Shown here: positions 9,111-20,119 of the stretch, piece by piece
Position numbering within the stretch: position 1 is the stretch's first letter
Layout: each line of letters starts with the position of its first letter
Source: Kofleriaceae bacterium
GTDB taxonomy: Bacteria; Myxococcota_A; Polyangia; Haliangiales; Haliangiaceae
DNA length: 64,000 nucleotides
Assembly: GCA_046597055.1 (NCBI GenBank)
Contig: JBKJLC010000016.1
Coordinates: 28,111-92,110 of the forward strand
Direction: 5' to 3'
The notes under the pieces: model-generated
Told to the model about the DNA's origin: nothing
Database searches by the model: none
What the model saw: only the letters and a program-made list of their open reading frames with translations
Program-made: the position numbers and the translations under genes

Positions 9111-11201
9111 ATGAGCGGCCCGGCTTCCAGCGGAGAGCGCGCCCGTGCTGACCGACCGACCGTGGGCATCCGCATCGGCATCTCCGGCGCGGCCGGGGTC
9201 GGCAAGACCACGCTCGCCACCGCGCTGGCGGCCGAGCTCGGCGTGCCGTGCCTGCCCGAGGAGATGCGCGCGCATCTGGAGCAGACCGGCCGGCCGCTGT
9301 CCGAGCTACCGGTCGTCGAGGCGCGGCAGATCGTCACCGCGCTGTGGCGCGGTCGCGCCGAGCTCGAGCGGACCACGCCGTCGTTCGTCGCCGACAACGC
9401 GTGCCTCGACTTCGCGGCCTACGCGCTCTATCACGGCTGTCTCGAGGACGCGTCGTGGGCGGAGCCGCCCGAGCTGCTGCGCGCGCCGATCGAACACCTC
9501 GCCGGTTACGACGCGATCGTCCTGCTGCCCGCCGGGGTGCTGCCGTATGTCCGCGACGGCGTCCGCTCGTCCAACGCGTCGCTGCAGCTGCGCTACCAGC
9601 TGATCATCGAGGGGCTGCTGCGCCGCCACGCCGACCCGCGCAAGGTGCATCACCTGCCCGAGGGCTGCACCGCGCCCGCCGACCGCCGCGCATGGGCGCG
9701 CGCGATCGTCGACAAGCTCCCCGCGCACCGGGCCCGCCGCCGGCCGGTGCGTGGGCTCGATCCGACCGGCGTGGTGTACCTGGTCGGCGCCGGCCCCGGC
9801 GATCCCGGGCTCTTGACCGTGCGCGCGTGCGAGCTGCTGCGGACCGCCGACGTGGTGGCGCACGACCTCCTGGTCCCGCCCGCGGTCCTCGCGCTCGCCG
9901 GGGCCACCGCCGAGCTCCTGCCGGTCGGTCGGCGCAAGGGCGGCGGTCCCACCCCGTACCAGCTGCATCCCGCCGTGTTCGAGCGGGCGCGCGCCGGCCA
10001 GTCCGTGGTCCGGCTCAAGGCCGGCGACCCGATGGTGTTCGGGCGCGGCGGCGAGGAGGCCGAGGCGCTGGCCGAGGCCGGGATCCGCTTCGAGATCGTC
10101 CCCGGGGTGTCGTCCGCGCTCGGCGCCGCCGCGTACGCGGGCATCCCGCTCACCCACCGCCTGTGCGCGTCCGACGTGACGTTCGTCAGCGGCCACGACG
10201 CCGAGGGGCCGCCGGTGTCGCTGACCGACTGGGCCCGCCTGGCCGGCGGCACCGGCACGATCGTCATGTTCATGGCGGCCCGGAGCCTGGCGGCCAACCT
10301 GGCGCGGTTGATCGCAGGCGGGCGCTCGCCGGAGACGCCGGCCGCGTACGTCGCCGCCGCGACCACACCGGCCCAGCACGTCATCGTCGGCACGCTCGCC
10401 ACCCTGCCCGGCCTGATCGCGAACGTCGATCCGACGCCGCCGGCGCTGATCATCATCGGCGAGGTGGTCCGGCTGCGCGAGCGGATCGCGTGGTTCGAGC
10501 ACCGGACGCTCGCGGGTCGCCGCCTGGTGGTCGCGCGGGCGCGGCCGGGCCGGTCCGCGATCGCACGCGAGCTGCGCGGGCTGGGCGCCGAGGTGCTCGA
10601 GGTCCCCGAGGTCGAGTCGGTGGCGCTCGATCACGCCCCCGCCGCGGCGCGCACCACGACCCACGATGGCATCGTCTTCGGCTGTGCCGCCGGCGTCGAC
10701 GCGGTGGTGGCGCGCGCGGTGCCGACCCTCCCGATCATCGCGGTCGGCACCGAGGCCCAGCGCGCGCTGGCCCGGCACGGCCTGGCCCCGGCGGTCTGCG
10801 TCCGCGGCGCCTGTCGCGACGCGCTGGTCGAGCACGCGGCCCGGTTCGTCGGTCGACGATTCCTGCTGATCACCTCCGACGACGGCCGACCCGCGCTCGC
10901 CCAGGTGCTGACCGCGCTCGGCGCCACGGTCGACCTCGAGGTCGGCTACCGCTACGTTCGTCGGAGCGCCCCCGCGCCGCTGCCGCCGATCGATCTGGTG
11001 GTGCTGCCCAGCTCGTCGGCCGCGCGCAACCTGCTGTCTGGCGTGCTCGGCACCGAGCTGTGCCAGGTCCCGATGGTCGCGATGGGCCCCGCCACCGAGG
11101 CCGCGGCGCGCGACCTGGGCGCGCGGCACGTGGTCCGCGCGGCCGACGACACCCCGACCGCGCTGGTCGCCTGCGCCCTGTCGATGGTAGGAGCCCCATG
11201 A
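9111..11201 (+). CDS. cobA: Tri-domain protein: NadR/AAA_28-like P-loop kinase + uroporphyrinogen-III C-methyltransferase + HemD-like domain
   Basis: N-terminus IGISGAAGVGKTTLA...D-N...YDAIVLLP...RDGVR. Middle VYLVGAGPGDPGLLT, RLKAGDPMVFGRGGEE, AGIPLTHR. C-terminus WFEHRTLAGRRLVVAR, PSSSAA, MGPATEAAA. No internal stop. Confidence 0.85.
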   Translation: MSGPASSGERARADRPTVGIRIGISGAAGVGKTTLATALAAELGVPCLPEEMRAHLEQTGRPLSELPVVEARQIVTALWRGRAELERTTPSFVADNACLDFAAYALYHGCLEDASWAEPPELLRAPIEHLAGYDAIVLLPAGVLPYVRDGVRSSNASLQLRYQLIIEGLLRRHADPRKVHHLPEGCTAPADRRAWARAIVDKLPAHRARRRPVRGLDPTGVVYLVGAGPGDPGLLTVRACELLRTADVVAHDLLVPPAVLALAGATAELLPVGRRKGGGPTPYQLHPAVFERARAGQSVVRLKAGDPMVFGRGGEEAEALAEAGIRFEIVPGVSSALGAAAYAGIPLTHRLCASDVTFVSGHDAEGPPVSLTDWARLAGGTGTIVMFMAARSLAANLARLIAGGRSPETPAAYVAAATTPAQHVIVGTLATLPGLIANVDPTPPALIIIGEVVRLRERIAWFEHRTLAGRRLVVARARPGRSAIARELRGLGAEVLEVPEVESVALDHAPAAARTTTHDGIVFGCAAGVDAVVARAVPTLPIIAVGTEAQRALARHGLAPAVCVRGACRDALVEHAARFVGRRFLLITSDDGRPALAQVLTALGATVDLEVGYRYVRRSAPAPLPPIDLVVLPSSSAARNLLSGVLGTELCQVPMVAMGPATEAAARDLGARHVVRAADDTPTALVACALSMVGAP

Positions 11202-12304
11202 CCGATCCGATGTTTCCCGCCGCCTGGCGCCGCGGCGTCTACGAGGCGATCGCCCAGCGGCACGAGCGCCGCGACCTGCGGCCCGAGCCGGTCGCGCCCG
11301 AGGTGCTCGCGCGCATCCTGTCGGCGGCGCACCAGGCCGGACGCGCCGACCTCACGCCGCCCTGGCGGTTCCTGGTGATCACCGATCCCACGGTCCGTCA
11401 CGCGGTCCGCACCCAGCTCGACGGGATCGGCGACGCGCCCGTCCACGTCTGCATCACTTGCGACCCGGCCCCCGCGGCGATCGCGAGTGCCGAGGGCGCG
11501 CTCCAGAACCTGTGGCTGGCGGCGCGCGCCGAGGGCATCGGGGTCAGCGCCGTCACCGTCCGCGAGCCCGCCGCCCTGCGCACGGTCCTCGGCATCCCCG
11601 CGTCGGTGGTGCCGGTCGCCTACCTGGGGCTCGGCCACGTCGATCACTTTCCGGCAGCACCCGGGCCCGATCCTGAGCGGACGCCGCCGGTCTTCCAGGA
11701 CGCCTGGGGCCAGGCGCCCGGGCCCGACCTGGCGCGCGCGCTCGAGCGCGGGACGCTGGTGGGGCCGCGGGTCGGCACCGAGACGCCGGGGCGCGGCCTG
11801 CTGCTGGTCTACACCGGCCAGGGCAAGGGCAAGACCACCGCCGCGCTCGGCGTGGTGTTCCGCGCGCTCGGCCGCGGCCTACGGGTCGCGGTCGTGCAGT
11901 TCATCAAGGGCAAGTGGAAGACCGGCGAGCGGCTGTTCGCCGAGACCCTGCCGGAGCTCACGTTCCTGGTCATGGGCCAGGGCTTCACCTGGGAGAGCGA
12001 CGATCTGTCGCGCGATCGCAACGCCGCGATCGCCGCGTGGAACCGGACCAAGGAGCTCATCGCTGCCGGCGCGCACTCGGTGATCGTCCTCGACGAGATC
12101 ACCTATGCGATCAACTACGGCTTCATCGACGGCGACGATGTGGTGGCCACCTTCGCCAGCCGCCCCGCCCACGTCCACGTGCTGGTGACCGGCCGCAACG
12201 CGCCCGACGCGCTGTGCGCGGCCGCCGATCTGGTCACCGAGATGAAGCCGGTGAAGCACCCGTTCGCGCAGGGCCACAAGGCCCAGCCCGGGATCGACTT
12301 CTGA
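11198..12304 (+). CDS. cobO: Fusion of degenerate BluB-like nitroreductase domain and cob(I)alamin adenosyltransferase CobO/BtuR
   Basis: N-terminus VYEAIAQR...PWRF...ALQNLWLAARAEGIG...PVAYLGLG. C-terminus VYTGQGKGKTTAALG, VQFIKG, GQGFTW, VLDEI, VTGRNAP, ADLVTEMKPVKHPF..G.KAQPGIDF. Confidence 0.88.
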   Translation: MTDPMFPAAWRRGVYEAIAQRHERRDLRPEPVAPEVLARILSAAHQAGRADLTPPWRFLVITDPTVRHAVRTQLDGIGDAPVHVCITCDPAPAAIASAEGALQNLWLAARAEGIGVSAVTVREPAALRTVLGIPASVVPVAYLGLGHVDHFPAAPGPDPERTPPVFQDAWGQAPGPDLARALERGTLVGPRVGTETPGRGLLLVYTGQGKGKTTAALGVVFRALGRGLRVAVVQFIKGKWKTGERLFAETLPELTFLVMGQGFTWESDDLSRDRNAAIAAWNRTKELIAAGAHSVIVLDEITYAINYGFIDGDDVVATFASRPAHVHVLVTGRNAPDALCAAADLVTEMKPVKHPFAQGHKAQPGIDF

Positions 12305-13686
12305 TGATCCCGCGCCTCGTGATCGCCGGCACCGCGAGCGGCGTCGGCAAGACCACCGTCACGGTCGGGCTGGCCCGGGCGCTGCGCGCGCGCGGCCTGC
12401 GCGTCGCCATCTTCAAGTGCGGCCCCGACTACCTCGATCCCACCTATCACGCGCGCGCGGTCGATGGACCGTGCCACAACCTCGACGGCTGGATGATGGG
12501 CCGCGAGGCGGTGATCGCCACCTTCGCGCACGCCGCGCGCGACGCCGACCTCGCGCTGCTCGAGGGCGTGATGGGGCTGTTCGACGGCGCCTCGCCCACC
12601 GGCGAGGAGGGCTCGACCGCCGAGATCGCCAAGTGGCTGGCGGCGCCGGTCGTGCTGGTCTGCGACGCCGGCGGCATGGCGCGCAGCATTGCCGCGCTCG
12701 GCCGCGGGTTCGCCAGCTTCGATCCCGCGCTCGCGCTGGCTGGCCTGGTATGCAACCGGGTCGGCAGTCGCAGCCACCTCGACCTGCTCGGTGCCGCCAC
12801 CGGCGGCGCGCCGAAGGTGCTGGGCGGGCTGCCCAAGGAGGAGGCCCTGGCGTTTCCCGGCCGGCATCTCGGGCTGCGCACCGCCGACCGCGACGCGGTA
12901 CCCGAGCGCGTGTTCGACGGCTGGGGCGAGCGGGTCGCCGCGTGGATCGACGTCGACGCCTTGCTCGCGATCGCGCGGGCAGCGCCGGCCCTGGCCAGCG
13001 CCGTCGCCGCGGCCCCCGCGGTCACCGGCGACGCCCGGTGCCGGATCGGGCTCGCCTTCGACGAGGCCTTCCACTTCTACTACGACGACAACCTGCGTCG
13101 CCTCGAGCGCCTGGGCGCCGAGCTGGTGCGGTTCTCGCCGCTGCACGACGCCCGCCTGCCCGACGTCGACGGCCTCTACCTCGGCGGCGGCTATCCCGAG
13201 GTCCACGCCGCGGCGCTGTCGGCCAACGCGACCATGCTCGCCGACGTCGCGGCGTTCGCGGGGGCCGGCCGCCCGATCTACGCCGAGTGCGGCGGCCTGA
13301 TGTACCTGTCGTCCGGGATCCGGACACGCGACGACCGCCTGCATCCGATGGCGGGGGTGATCGCCGGCGAGGCGGTCATGTGCGAGCGCCTGCAGGCCCT
13401 GGGCTACGTCGAGGTCGAGACCCAGACCCGCACCCTGCTCGGCCCGGCCGGGCTGCGCTTCCGCGGCCACCAGTTCCGCTACTCCGAGCTGCGCGGCATG
13501 CCCGATCAGCTCGAGCGCGCGTACAGCGTCCGCAAGCGCCGCAGCGGTCAGGTCGAGCGCGAGGGCTACCACGCCGGCAACGTGGTCGCCTCGTACGTCC
13601 ACGCGCACTGGGCCTCCAACCCGCTGGTAGCCAGCGGGTTCGTCGAGGCCTGCACCCGCGCGCGCACCACGCCGGGGCGGCCATGA
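12304..13686 (+). CDS. cbiA: Cobyrinate a,c-diamide synthase CbiA/CobB
   Basis: AGTASGVGKTT, FKCGPDYLDP, EGVMGLFDG, DEAFHFYY, GGGYPE, AECGGLMYL, SYVHAHW. Confidence 0.95.
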   Translation: MIPRLVIAGTASGVGKTTVTVGLARALRARGLRVAIFKCGPDYLDPTYHARAVDGPCHNLDGWMMGREAVIATFAHAARDADLALLEGVMGLFDGASPTGEEGSTAEIAKWLAAPVVLVCDAGGMARSIAALGRGFASFDPALALAGLVCNRVGSRSHLDLLGAATGGAPKVLGGLPKEEALAFPGRHLGLRTADRDAVPERVFDGWGERVAAWIDVDALLAIARAAPALASAVAAAPAVTGDARCRIGLAFDEAFHFYYDDNLRRLERLGAELVRFSPLHDARLPDVDGLYLGGGYPEVHAAALSANATMLADVAAFAGAGRPIYAECGGLMYLSSGIRTRDDRLHPMAGVIAGEAVMCERLQALGYVEVETQTRTLLGPAGLRFRGHQFRYSELRGMPDQLERAYSVRKRRSGQVEREGYHAGNVVASYVHAHWASNPLVASGFVEACTRARTTPGRP

Positions 13687-14402
13687 GCGCGCTGCCCCGG
13701 ACCCACGCGCCGGTCGGTGAACCCGCGCCGCCAGCCGGCGTCGCTCGCGACGGCTCGTGGCTGGTGGTCCGGTTCGCCGCGATGCACCGGCTGGTGAGCT
13801 GGGCGATCGTCGGCGGCGGCCTCCGACGCGGCCGCACGGTGGCGTGGCTGCAGGTGTCCGAGACCGACCTGCGCCCGCCGGTGCAGGCCGAACAGTTCCT
13901 CCAGGCCCACCTCGACACCGCCGGCCTCTCCGACGCGGTCGGGCTGCTCACCAGCCGCGACCTCGACGCGTACGTCGAGCACCAGGTGGCGTACCGCGAC
14001 CTCGACGCCCACTGCGTCACCACCGTGGGCCTCGGCAACGCCCTGCGCGCCGGCGACCCGCCCGGCGCGAGCGCGCGCATCGGCACCATCAACACGCTGT
14101 GCCGGGTCTCGGCCCCGCTCACCGACGCGGCGCTGCTCGAGGCGCTGGCGCTGGCGGCCGAGGCCCGGACGCTCGCCGTGCGCGAGGCGACGGTCGCCAG
14201 CCGGATCTCCGGCCGGCCGGCGTCGGGCACCGGCACCGACTGCATCGTGATCGCCGCGCCCGAAGCCGCCCGCGGCGCGGCCTACGCCGGCAAGCACACC
14301 GCGGTGGGCCACGTCGTCGGCGCCGCCGTGTACGAGGCCACCCGGCGCGGCGTCGAGCAGTGGCACCACGAGCGGGCCGCCGCCCTGCAAGGTCACCGAT
14401 GA
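13683..14402 (+). CDS. cbiZ: Adenosylcobinamide amidohydrolase CbiZ
   Basis: VGLLTS, TVGLGNA, GTINT, AEAR, ASGTGTDCI, YAGKHT. Confidence 0.85.
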   Translation: MSALPRTHAPVGEPAPPAGVARDGSWLVVRFAAMHRLVSWAIVGGGLRRGRTVAWLQVSETDLRPPVQAEQFLQAHLDTAGLSDAVGLLTSRDLDAYVEHQVAYRDLDAHCVTTVGLGNALRAGDPPGASARIGTINTLCRVSAPLTDAALLEALALAAEARTLAVREATVASRISGRPASGTGTDCIVIAAPEAARGAAYAGKHTAVGHVVGAAVYEATRRGVEQWHHERAAALQGHR

Positions 14403-14971
14403 CGCCCCACCGGCTGGTGCTGGTCGGCGGCGGGGTGCGCTCGGGCAAGAGCGCGTTCGCGCTGGCGCGGGCCCGGACCCTCGGCGCCCGCCGCACGTTC
14501 ATCGCCACCGCCCAGCCGTTCGATGACGAGATGCGCGCCCGGATCGCCCAGCACCGCGACGAGCGCGGCCGTGACTTCGCGACCGTCGAGGCGCCACGGG
14601 CCCTGGCCGCGGCGGTGCGCGCGCTGCACGACACCGACGTGGTGGTGATCGACTGCCTCACGCTGTGGCTGTCGAACCTGCTGCTGGCGGAGCTGACGCC
14701 GCCGCGCATCCTCGAGCAGGTCGACGACCTGGTCACCACGCTGGGCCGGCGGGCCTTCCATATCGTCATCGTCACCAACGAGGTCGGGATGGGCGTCGTG
14801 CCACCCTCCCCGCTCGGCCGCGCGTTCCGGGACGTCTGTGGGCTCGCCCATCAGCGGCTCGCGCGGGTCGCCGACGAGATCGATGTCGCCATCCTCGGCA
14901 CGATCCTGCGCATCCACCCGGCCCCGATCGAGCTGCAACCCGTGGAGTCCCCTCATGTCGAGTCTTGCTGA
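14399..14971 (+). CDS. cobU: Bifunctional adenosylcobinamide kinase/guanylyltransferase CobU/CobP
   Basis: GGVRSGKSAFA, DDEMRARIAQHRDER, IDCLTLWLSNLL, VTNEVGMGVVP, RAFRD. Confidence 0.95.
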   Translation: MTPHRLVLVGGGVRSGKSAFALARARTLGARRTFIATAQPFDDEMRARIAQHRDERGRDFATVEAPRALAAAVRALHDTDVVVIDCLTLWLSNLLLAELTPPRILEQVDDLVTTLGRRAFHIVIVTNEVGMGVVPPSPLGRAFRDVCGLAHQRLARVADEIDVAILGTILRIHPAPIELQPVESPHVESC

Positions 14972-16013
14972 CGTATCCGCCCGCATCGTCCCGGTCGACC
15001 CGCGCCTGGCCACCGAGACCCAGCGGCTGCTCGACGGCAAGACCAAGCCGCGGCGCAGCCTGGGTCGCCTCGAGGAGCTCGCCGGCCAGATCGCGGCGAT
15101 CCGCGGGGTCGCCGCGCCCGCCCTGCCGGTGAAGGCGATCGTGGTCATGGGCGCCGATCACGGCATCGTCGCCGAGGGCGTCAGCGCCTACCCGCAGGCG
15201 GTCACCGGCCAGATGCTGCTGAACTTCGCGCGCGGCGGCGCCGCGATCAACGTCCTGGCCCGCCACGCCGGCGCCCGCCTGGTGGTGGTCGACCTGGGCG
15301 TCGTCGAGCCGCTGCCGCCCTGTCCCGAGATCCGCGCCCACCGCATCGGCCCCGGCACCCGCAACTTTGCCCTCGGCCCGGCGATGACCCGGGCCGAGGC
15401 GATCGCAGCCATCGAGGTCGGCATCGGCATCGCCAGCGAGCTCGCCGCCGACGGCGTCACGCTGATCGGCATCGGCGACATGGGCATCGGCAACACCACC
15501 GCCTCGAGCGCGCTCACCGCACTGTTCACCGGCGCACCGCCCGAGGCGGTCACCGGCCGTGGCACCGGCATCGACGACGCCGGGCTGCGCCGCAAGATCG
15601 ACGCGATCGAGCGTGGCCTCGCGATCAACGCGCCCGACCCCGGCGACGCGCTCGGTGCGCTCGCCAAGGTCGGCGGCTTCGAGCTCGCCGGGCTGTGCGG
15701 CGTGGTCCTGGGCGCGGCGGCGGCGCGGGTGCCGGTGGTCATCGACGGCTTCATCGCCAGCGCCGCCGCCCTGTGCGCGGCGCGGATGGTGCCCGCCGCC
15801 GCCGGCTACCTGATCGCCGCGCATCGCTCGGTCGAGATCGGCCATCGCGTGGTGCTGCAGGCGCTCGGCGCGCAGCCGCTGCTCGAGCTCGACCTCCGGC
15901 TCGGCGAGGGCACCGGGGCCGCGCTCGCGATGGGCCTGATCGATGCCGCGCTGCACATCCTGCACGAGATGGCGACCTTCGACAGCGCCGGCGTGAGCGA
16001 CGCGGGCGCATGA
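14955..16013 (+). CDS. cobT: Nicotinate-nucleotide-dimethylbenzimidazole phosphoribosyltransferase CobT
   Basis: [54 protein letters not shown]. Confidence 0.95.
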   Translation: MSSLADVSARIVPVDPRLATETQRLLDGKTKPRRSLGRLEELAGQIAAIRGVAAPALPVKAIVVMGADHGIVAEGVSAYPQAVTGQMLLNFARGGAAINVLARHAGARLVVVDLGVVEPLPPCPEIRAHRIGPGTRNFALGPAMTRAEAIAAIEVGIGIASELAADGVTLIGIGDMGIGNTTASSALTALFTGAPPEAVTGRGTGIDDAGLRRKIDAIERGLAINAPDPGDALGALAKVGGFELAGLCGVVLGAAAARVPVVIDGFIASAAALCAARMVPAAAGYLIAAHRSVEIGHRVVLQALGAQPLLELDLRLGEGTGAALAMGLIDAALHILHEMATFDSAGVSDAGA

Positions 16014-16948
16014 GCGGGCTGCTCGAGAGCGCCGCCGCGGTGCTGGTGGTCGCGGTCGCCATCGACGTCCTGTGGGGCGAGCTGCCGACCCCGGTCCACC
16101 CGGTGGTGTGGATGGGGCGGCTGGCCGCGCGGCTCGAGCGGTGGGCGCCGACCCGCGGCGCGTTTCGTCAGCTGGTCGCCGGCGCGCTCATCGCGCTCGT
16201 GGTGCCGGGCGCGTTCGCGACCGCGGGCGTCGCGGTCGGCTGGCTCCGGCCGTGGCCGGTCGCCTGGTTCGCCGTCAGCGCCGCGCTGCTCACGTCGACG
16301 TTCGCGATCCAGGCGCTCGGCCACGCCGCCCGCGGGGTCCGCGATGCGCTGGTCCGCGGCAACCTCACCGACGCGCGCGCGGGCCTGCGCAGCCTGTGCA
16401 GCCGCGATCCCCGGCGGCTGACCGAGCCCCAGCTGGTCGCCGCGACCGTCGAGTCGGTGGCCGAGAACACCTCCGACAGCGTGGTCGCGCCGCTCTGCTA
16501 CTACGCGCTGTTCGGGCTGCCGGGGGCCTTGTTCTATCGCGCGGTCAACACGCTCGACGCGCGCATCGGCTACCACGGCCGCTACGAGTACCTGGGCAAG
16601 GCCTCGGCCCGGCTCGACGACCTGCTCAACTTCGTGCCGGCGCGGCTGACCGCGGCGCTGCTGCTGATCGCGGGCCGGCTCGCCGGCGCCGACGCCCGCG
16701 CCGGCTGGACGATGTGGCGGCGTGACGGCGCCACCACGGAGAGTCCGAACGCCGGACGTCCGATGGCGACCATGGCCGGCCTGCTCCGGGTCCGCCTCGA
16801 GAAGCCGGGCCATCACCGCCTGGGCGACCCCGGCGACCCGCTCGCGACCGCCAAGATCGACCAGGCCTGGCGCATCGTGTGGATCGCGGCGGCGATCGCG
16901 GCCGGGCTGACCGTGCTCGCCGTGGGAGGCCGCGATGCCTGGACCTGA
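16010..16948 (+). CDS. cbiB: Adenosylcobinamide-phosphate synthase CbiB
   Basis: [58 protein letters not shown]; hydrophobic. Confidence 0.93.
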   Translation: MSGLLESAAAVLVVAVAIDVLWGELPTPVHPVVWMGRLAARLERWAPTRGAFRQLVAGALIALVVPGAFATAGVAVGWLRPWPVAWFAVSAALLTSTFAIQALGHAARGVRDALVRGNLTDARAGLRSLCSRDPRRLTEPQLVAATVESVAENTSDSVVAPLCYYALFGLPGALFYRAVNTLDARIGYHGRYEYLGKASARLDDLLNFVPARLTAALLLIAGRLAGADARAGWTMWRRDGATTESPNAGRPMATMAGLLRVRLEKPGHHRLGDPGDPLATAKIDQAWRIVWIAAAIAAGLTVLAVGGRDAWT

Positions 16949-18010
16949 CGCCAGCTCGACCACCGGCCGCGTCCACGGCGGCCCTCGGGACGAAGAGCTG
17001 CAGCGGCTCGGCCTCGACCCCCGGCGGCTGCTCGACTTCAGCGTCAGCACCAACCCGTACGGACCGTGCCCGTCGGTGGTCGCCGCGGTCCGGGGCGCCG
17101 CCCTCGATCGCTATCCGGATCCCACCGGCCGCGCGGTCCGCGCCGCGATGGCCGGGGTGCTCGACACCTCGGCCGAGCACCTCGTGCTCGGCAACGGCGC
17201 CGCCGAGCTGCTGTGGGCGCTCGCCCGCGCGCTGCTGCGCCCCACCGATCCCACGCTGGTGGTCGAGCCCACCTTCGGCGAATGGCGGGCCGCGGCGTCG
17301 GCGCTGGGCGCGACGGTCAGCGAGTGGCGGGCGACCGCCGCCGATCAGTACCGGATCGACCTGCCCGCGATCGCCCGCGCCGCGCGCAGCCACGGCGCCC
17401 GCGTGATCTACCTGTGCGTGCCGAACACGCCGACCGGCGCCGCGGTCCCCGCCGTGGAGATCGCGGCCTGGGCCGCCGCCCACGCCGAGGTCACGATCGT
17501 GCTCGACCAGTCGTTCCTGTCGCTGAGCGAGCGCGCCGACGACGCCGCCGTGGCCATGCCGCCGAGCGTGGTGCGGGTCCGGTCGCTGACCAAGGATCAC
17601 GCGCTCGCCGGCGTGCGCGTGGGCTACCTGCTGGCCGAGCCCGTGATCGTCGCCCGGGTCGAGGCCCAGCGGCCGGCGTGGTCGACCAGCGCGATGGCGC
17701 AGGCGGCCGCGCTCGCCGCCTGTGGCGAGCCCGGCTTCGTCGCCGACAGCCGCCGCCGCGTCATCGCCGACCGCGAGCGCACCCACGGTCAGCTCCGCGC
17801 GCTCGGCCTGGCGCCGCTGCCGTCAGTGGCGCCGTTCTCGCTGGTGCCGGTCGCCGACGCGACCGCCGTGCGCGGCCGGCTGCTGGCCGGCCACGGCATC
17901 CTGGTCCGCGACTGCGCGTCGTTCGGCCTGCCCGATCATCTCCGGCTCGCCGCGCGACCGGCCGCCGATGGCGCGCGCCTGATCGCCGCCCTGCACGAGG
18001 AGCTCGTCCG

Positions 18011-18017
<7 letters not shown>
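16935..18017 (+). CDS. cobD: Threonine-phosphate decarboxylase (PLP class I/II aminotransferase)
   Basis: [55 protein letters not shown]; cob context. Confidence 0.85.
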
Positions 18018-19549
<1,532 letters not shown>

Positions 19550-19683
19550 CCCGGGCCAGGTCTAGATCCCCGGCGGAACCGGGGTCAGCGAGCGCACCAG
19601 CACGGCGTACGGGCCGGTCCCCGAGTGACGCCGGTCAACCTGTCGGAATCCGGGTGGTTACCCCCGCATGCCCGCGAGAACGC

Positions 19684-19712
19684 TTGCGCGATGCGGGGCT
19701 TCTCGCTATTCC
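19684..19712 (+). promoter_or_regulatory. Putative sigma70 promoter of the tRNA pair
   Basis: TTGCGC-17 nt-TATTCC, ending 23 nt upstream of tRNA-Pro. Confidence 0.45.
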
Positions 19713-19735
19713 TTCGGGGCTCGCACGAGAGCTGA

Positions 19736-19809
19736 CGGGGTGTAGCGCAGCCTGGTAGCGCACCTGCTTTGGGAGCAGGGAGTCGGAGGTTCGAATCCTC
19801 TCACCCCGA
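19736..19809 (+). tRNA. tRNA-Pro(TGG)
   Basis: Acceptor CGGGGTG/CACCCCG, D-loop TAGCGCAGCCTGGTAGCGC, anticodon arm CCTGC-TT TGG GA-GCAGG, T-loop GTTCGAATC; CCA not encoded. Confidence 0.96.
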
Positions 19810-19849
19810 CGACAGTGGTCGCAGGCTGCCGAGCCGGGTCGACCGATAC

Positions 19850-19924
19850 GCGCCCATAGCTCAGCTGGATCAGAGCACCGACCTTCTAAGTCGGGGGTCG
19901 GAGGTTCGAGCCCTCCTGGGCGCG
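19850..19924 (+). tRNA. tRNA-Arg(TCT)
   Basis: Acceptor GCGCCCA/TGGGCGC, anticodon arm CCGAC-CT TCT AA-GTCGG, T-loop GTTCGAG; CCA not encoded. Confidence 0.95.
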
Positions 19925-19957
19925 CGTGAGCCTTTCGCGGGCGGGCGCGCGCCCGGC

Positions 19958-20119
19958 AAGCTCGTGATCCGTGGCGCCGGCTGGGGCAACTCGGCGTGGT
20001 GCCTGCGCGCGGCCTATCGGCACTCGAACCCACCGGATCGCGGGCTCGACATGGTCGGCTTCCGCTGCGTGGGCCCGGCCGGCGGCGGCGCCGCTGCGGG
20101 TCAGGGCACGACGCGGTAG
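19958..20119 (+). pseudogene. Orphan C-terminal fragment of an FGE-sulfatase (SUMF1/CLec-fold) domain gene
   Basis: Translates as KLVIRGAGWGNSAWCLRAAYRHSNPPDRGLDMVGFRCV, matching the RGGSW...R.A.R...P......GFRC terminus of FGE domains. There is no room for a 5' part, because tRNA-Arg ends 33 nt upstream. Confidence 0.7.

Noticed and set aside
8683..9114. 143-aa ORF spanning the cbiF-cobA gap
   Set aside because: Made of palindromic repeat sequence, with atypical codon usage and no motif
19958..20071. DGR template repeat
   Set aside because: Only two AAC codons, and no reverse transcriptase, avd or matching variable repeat in the window; kept only as a gene remnant
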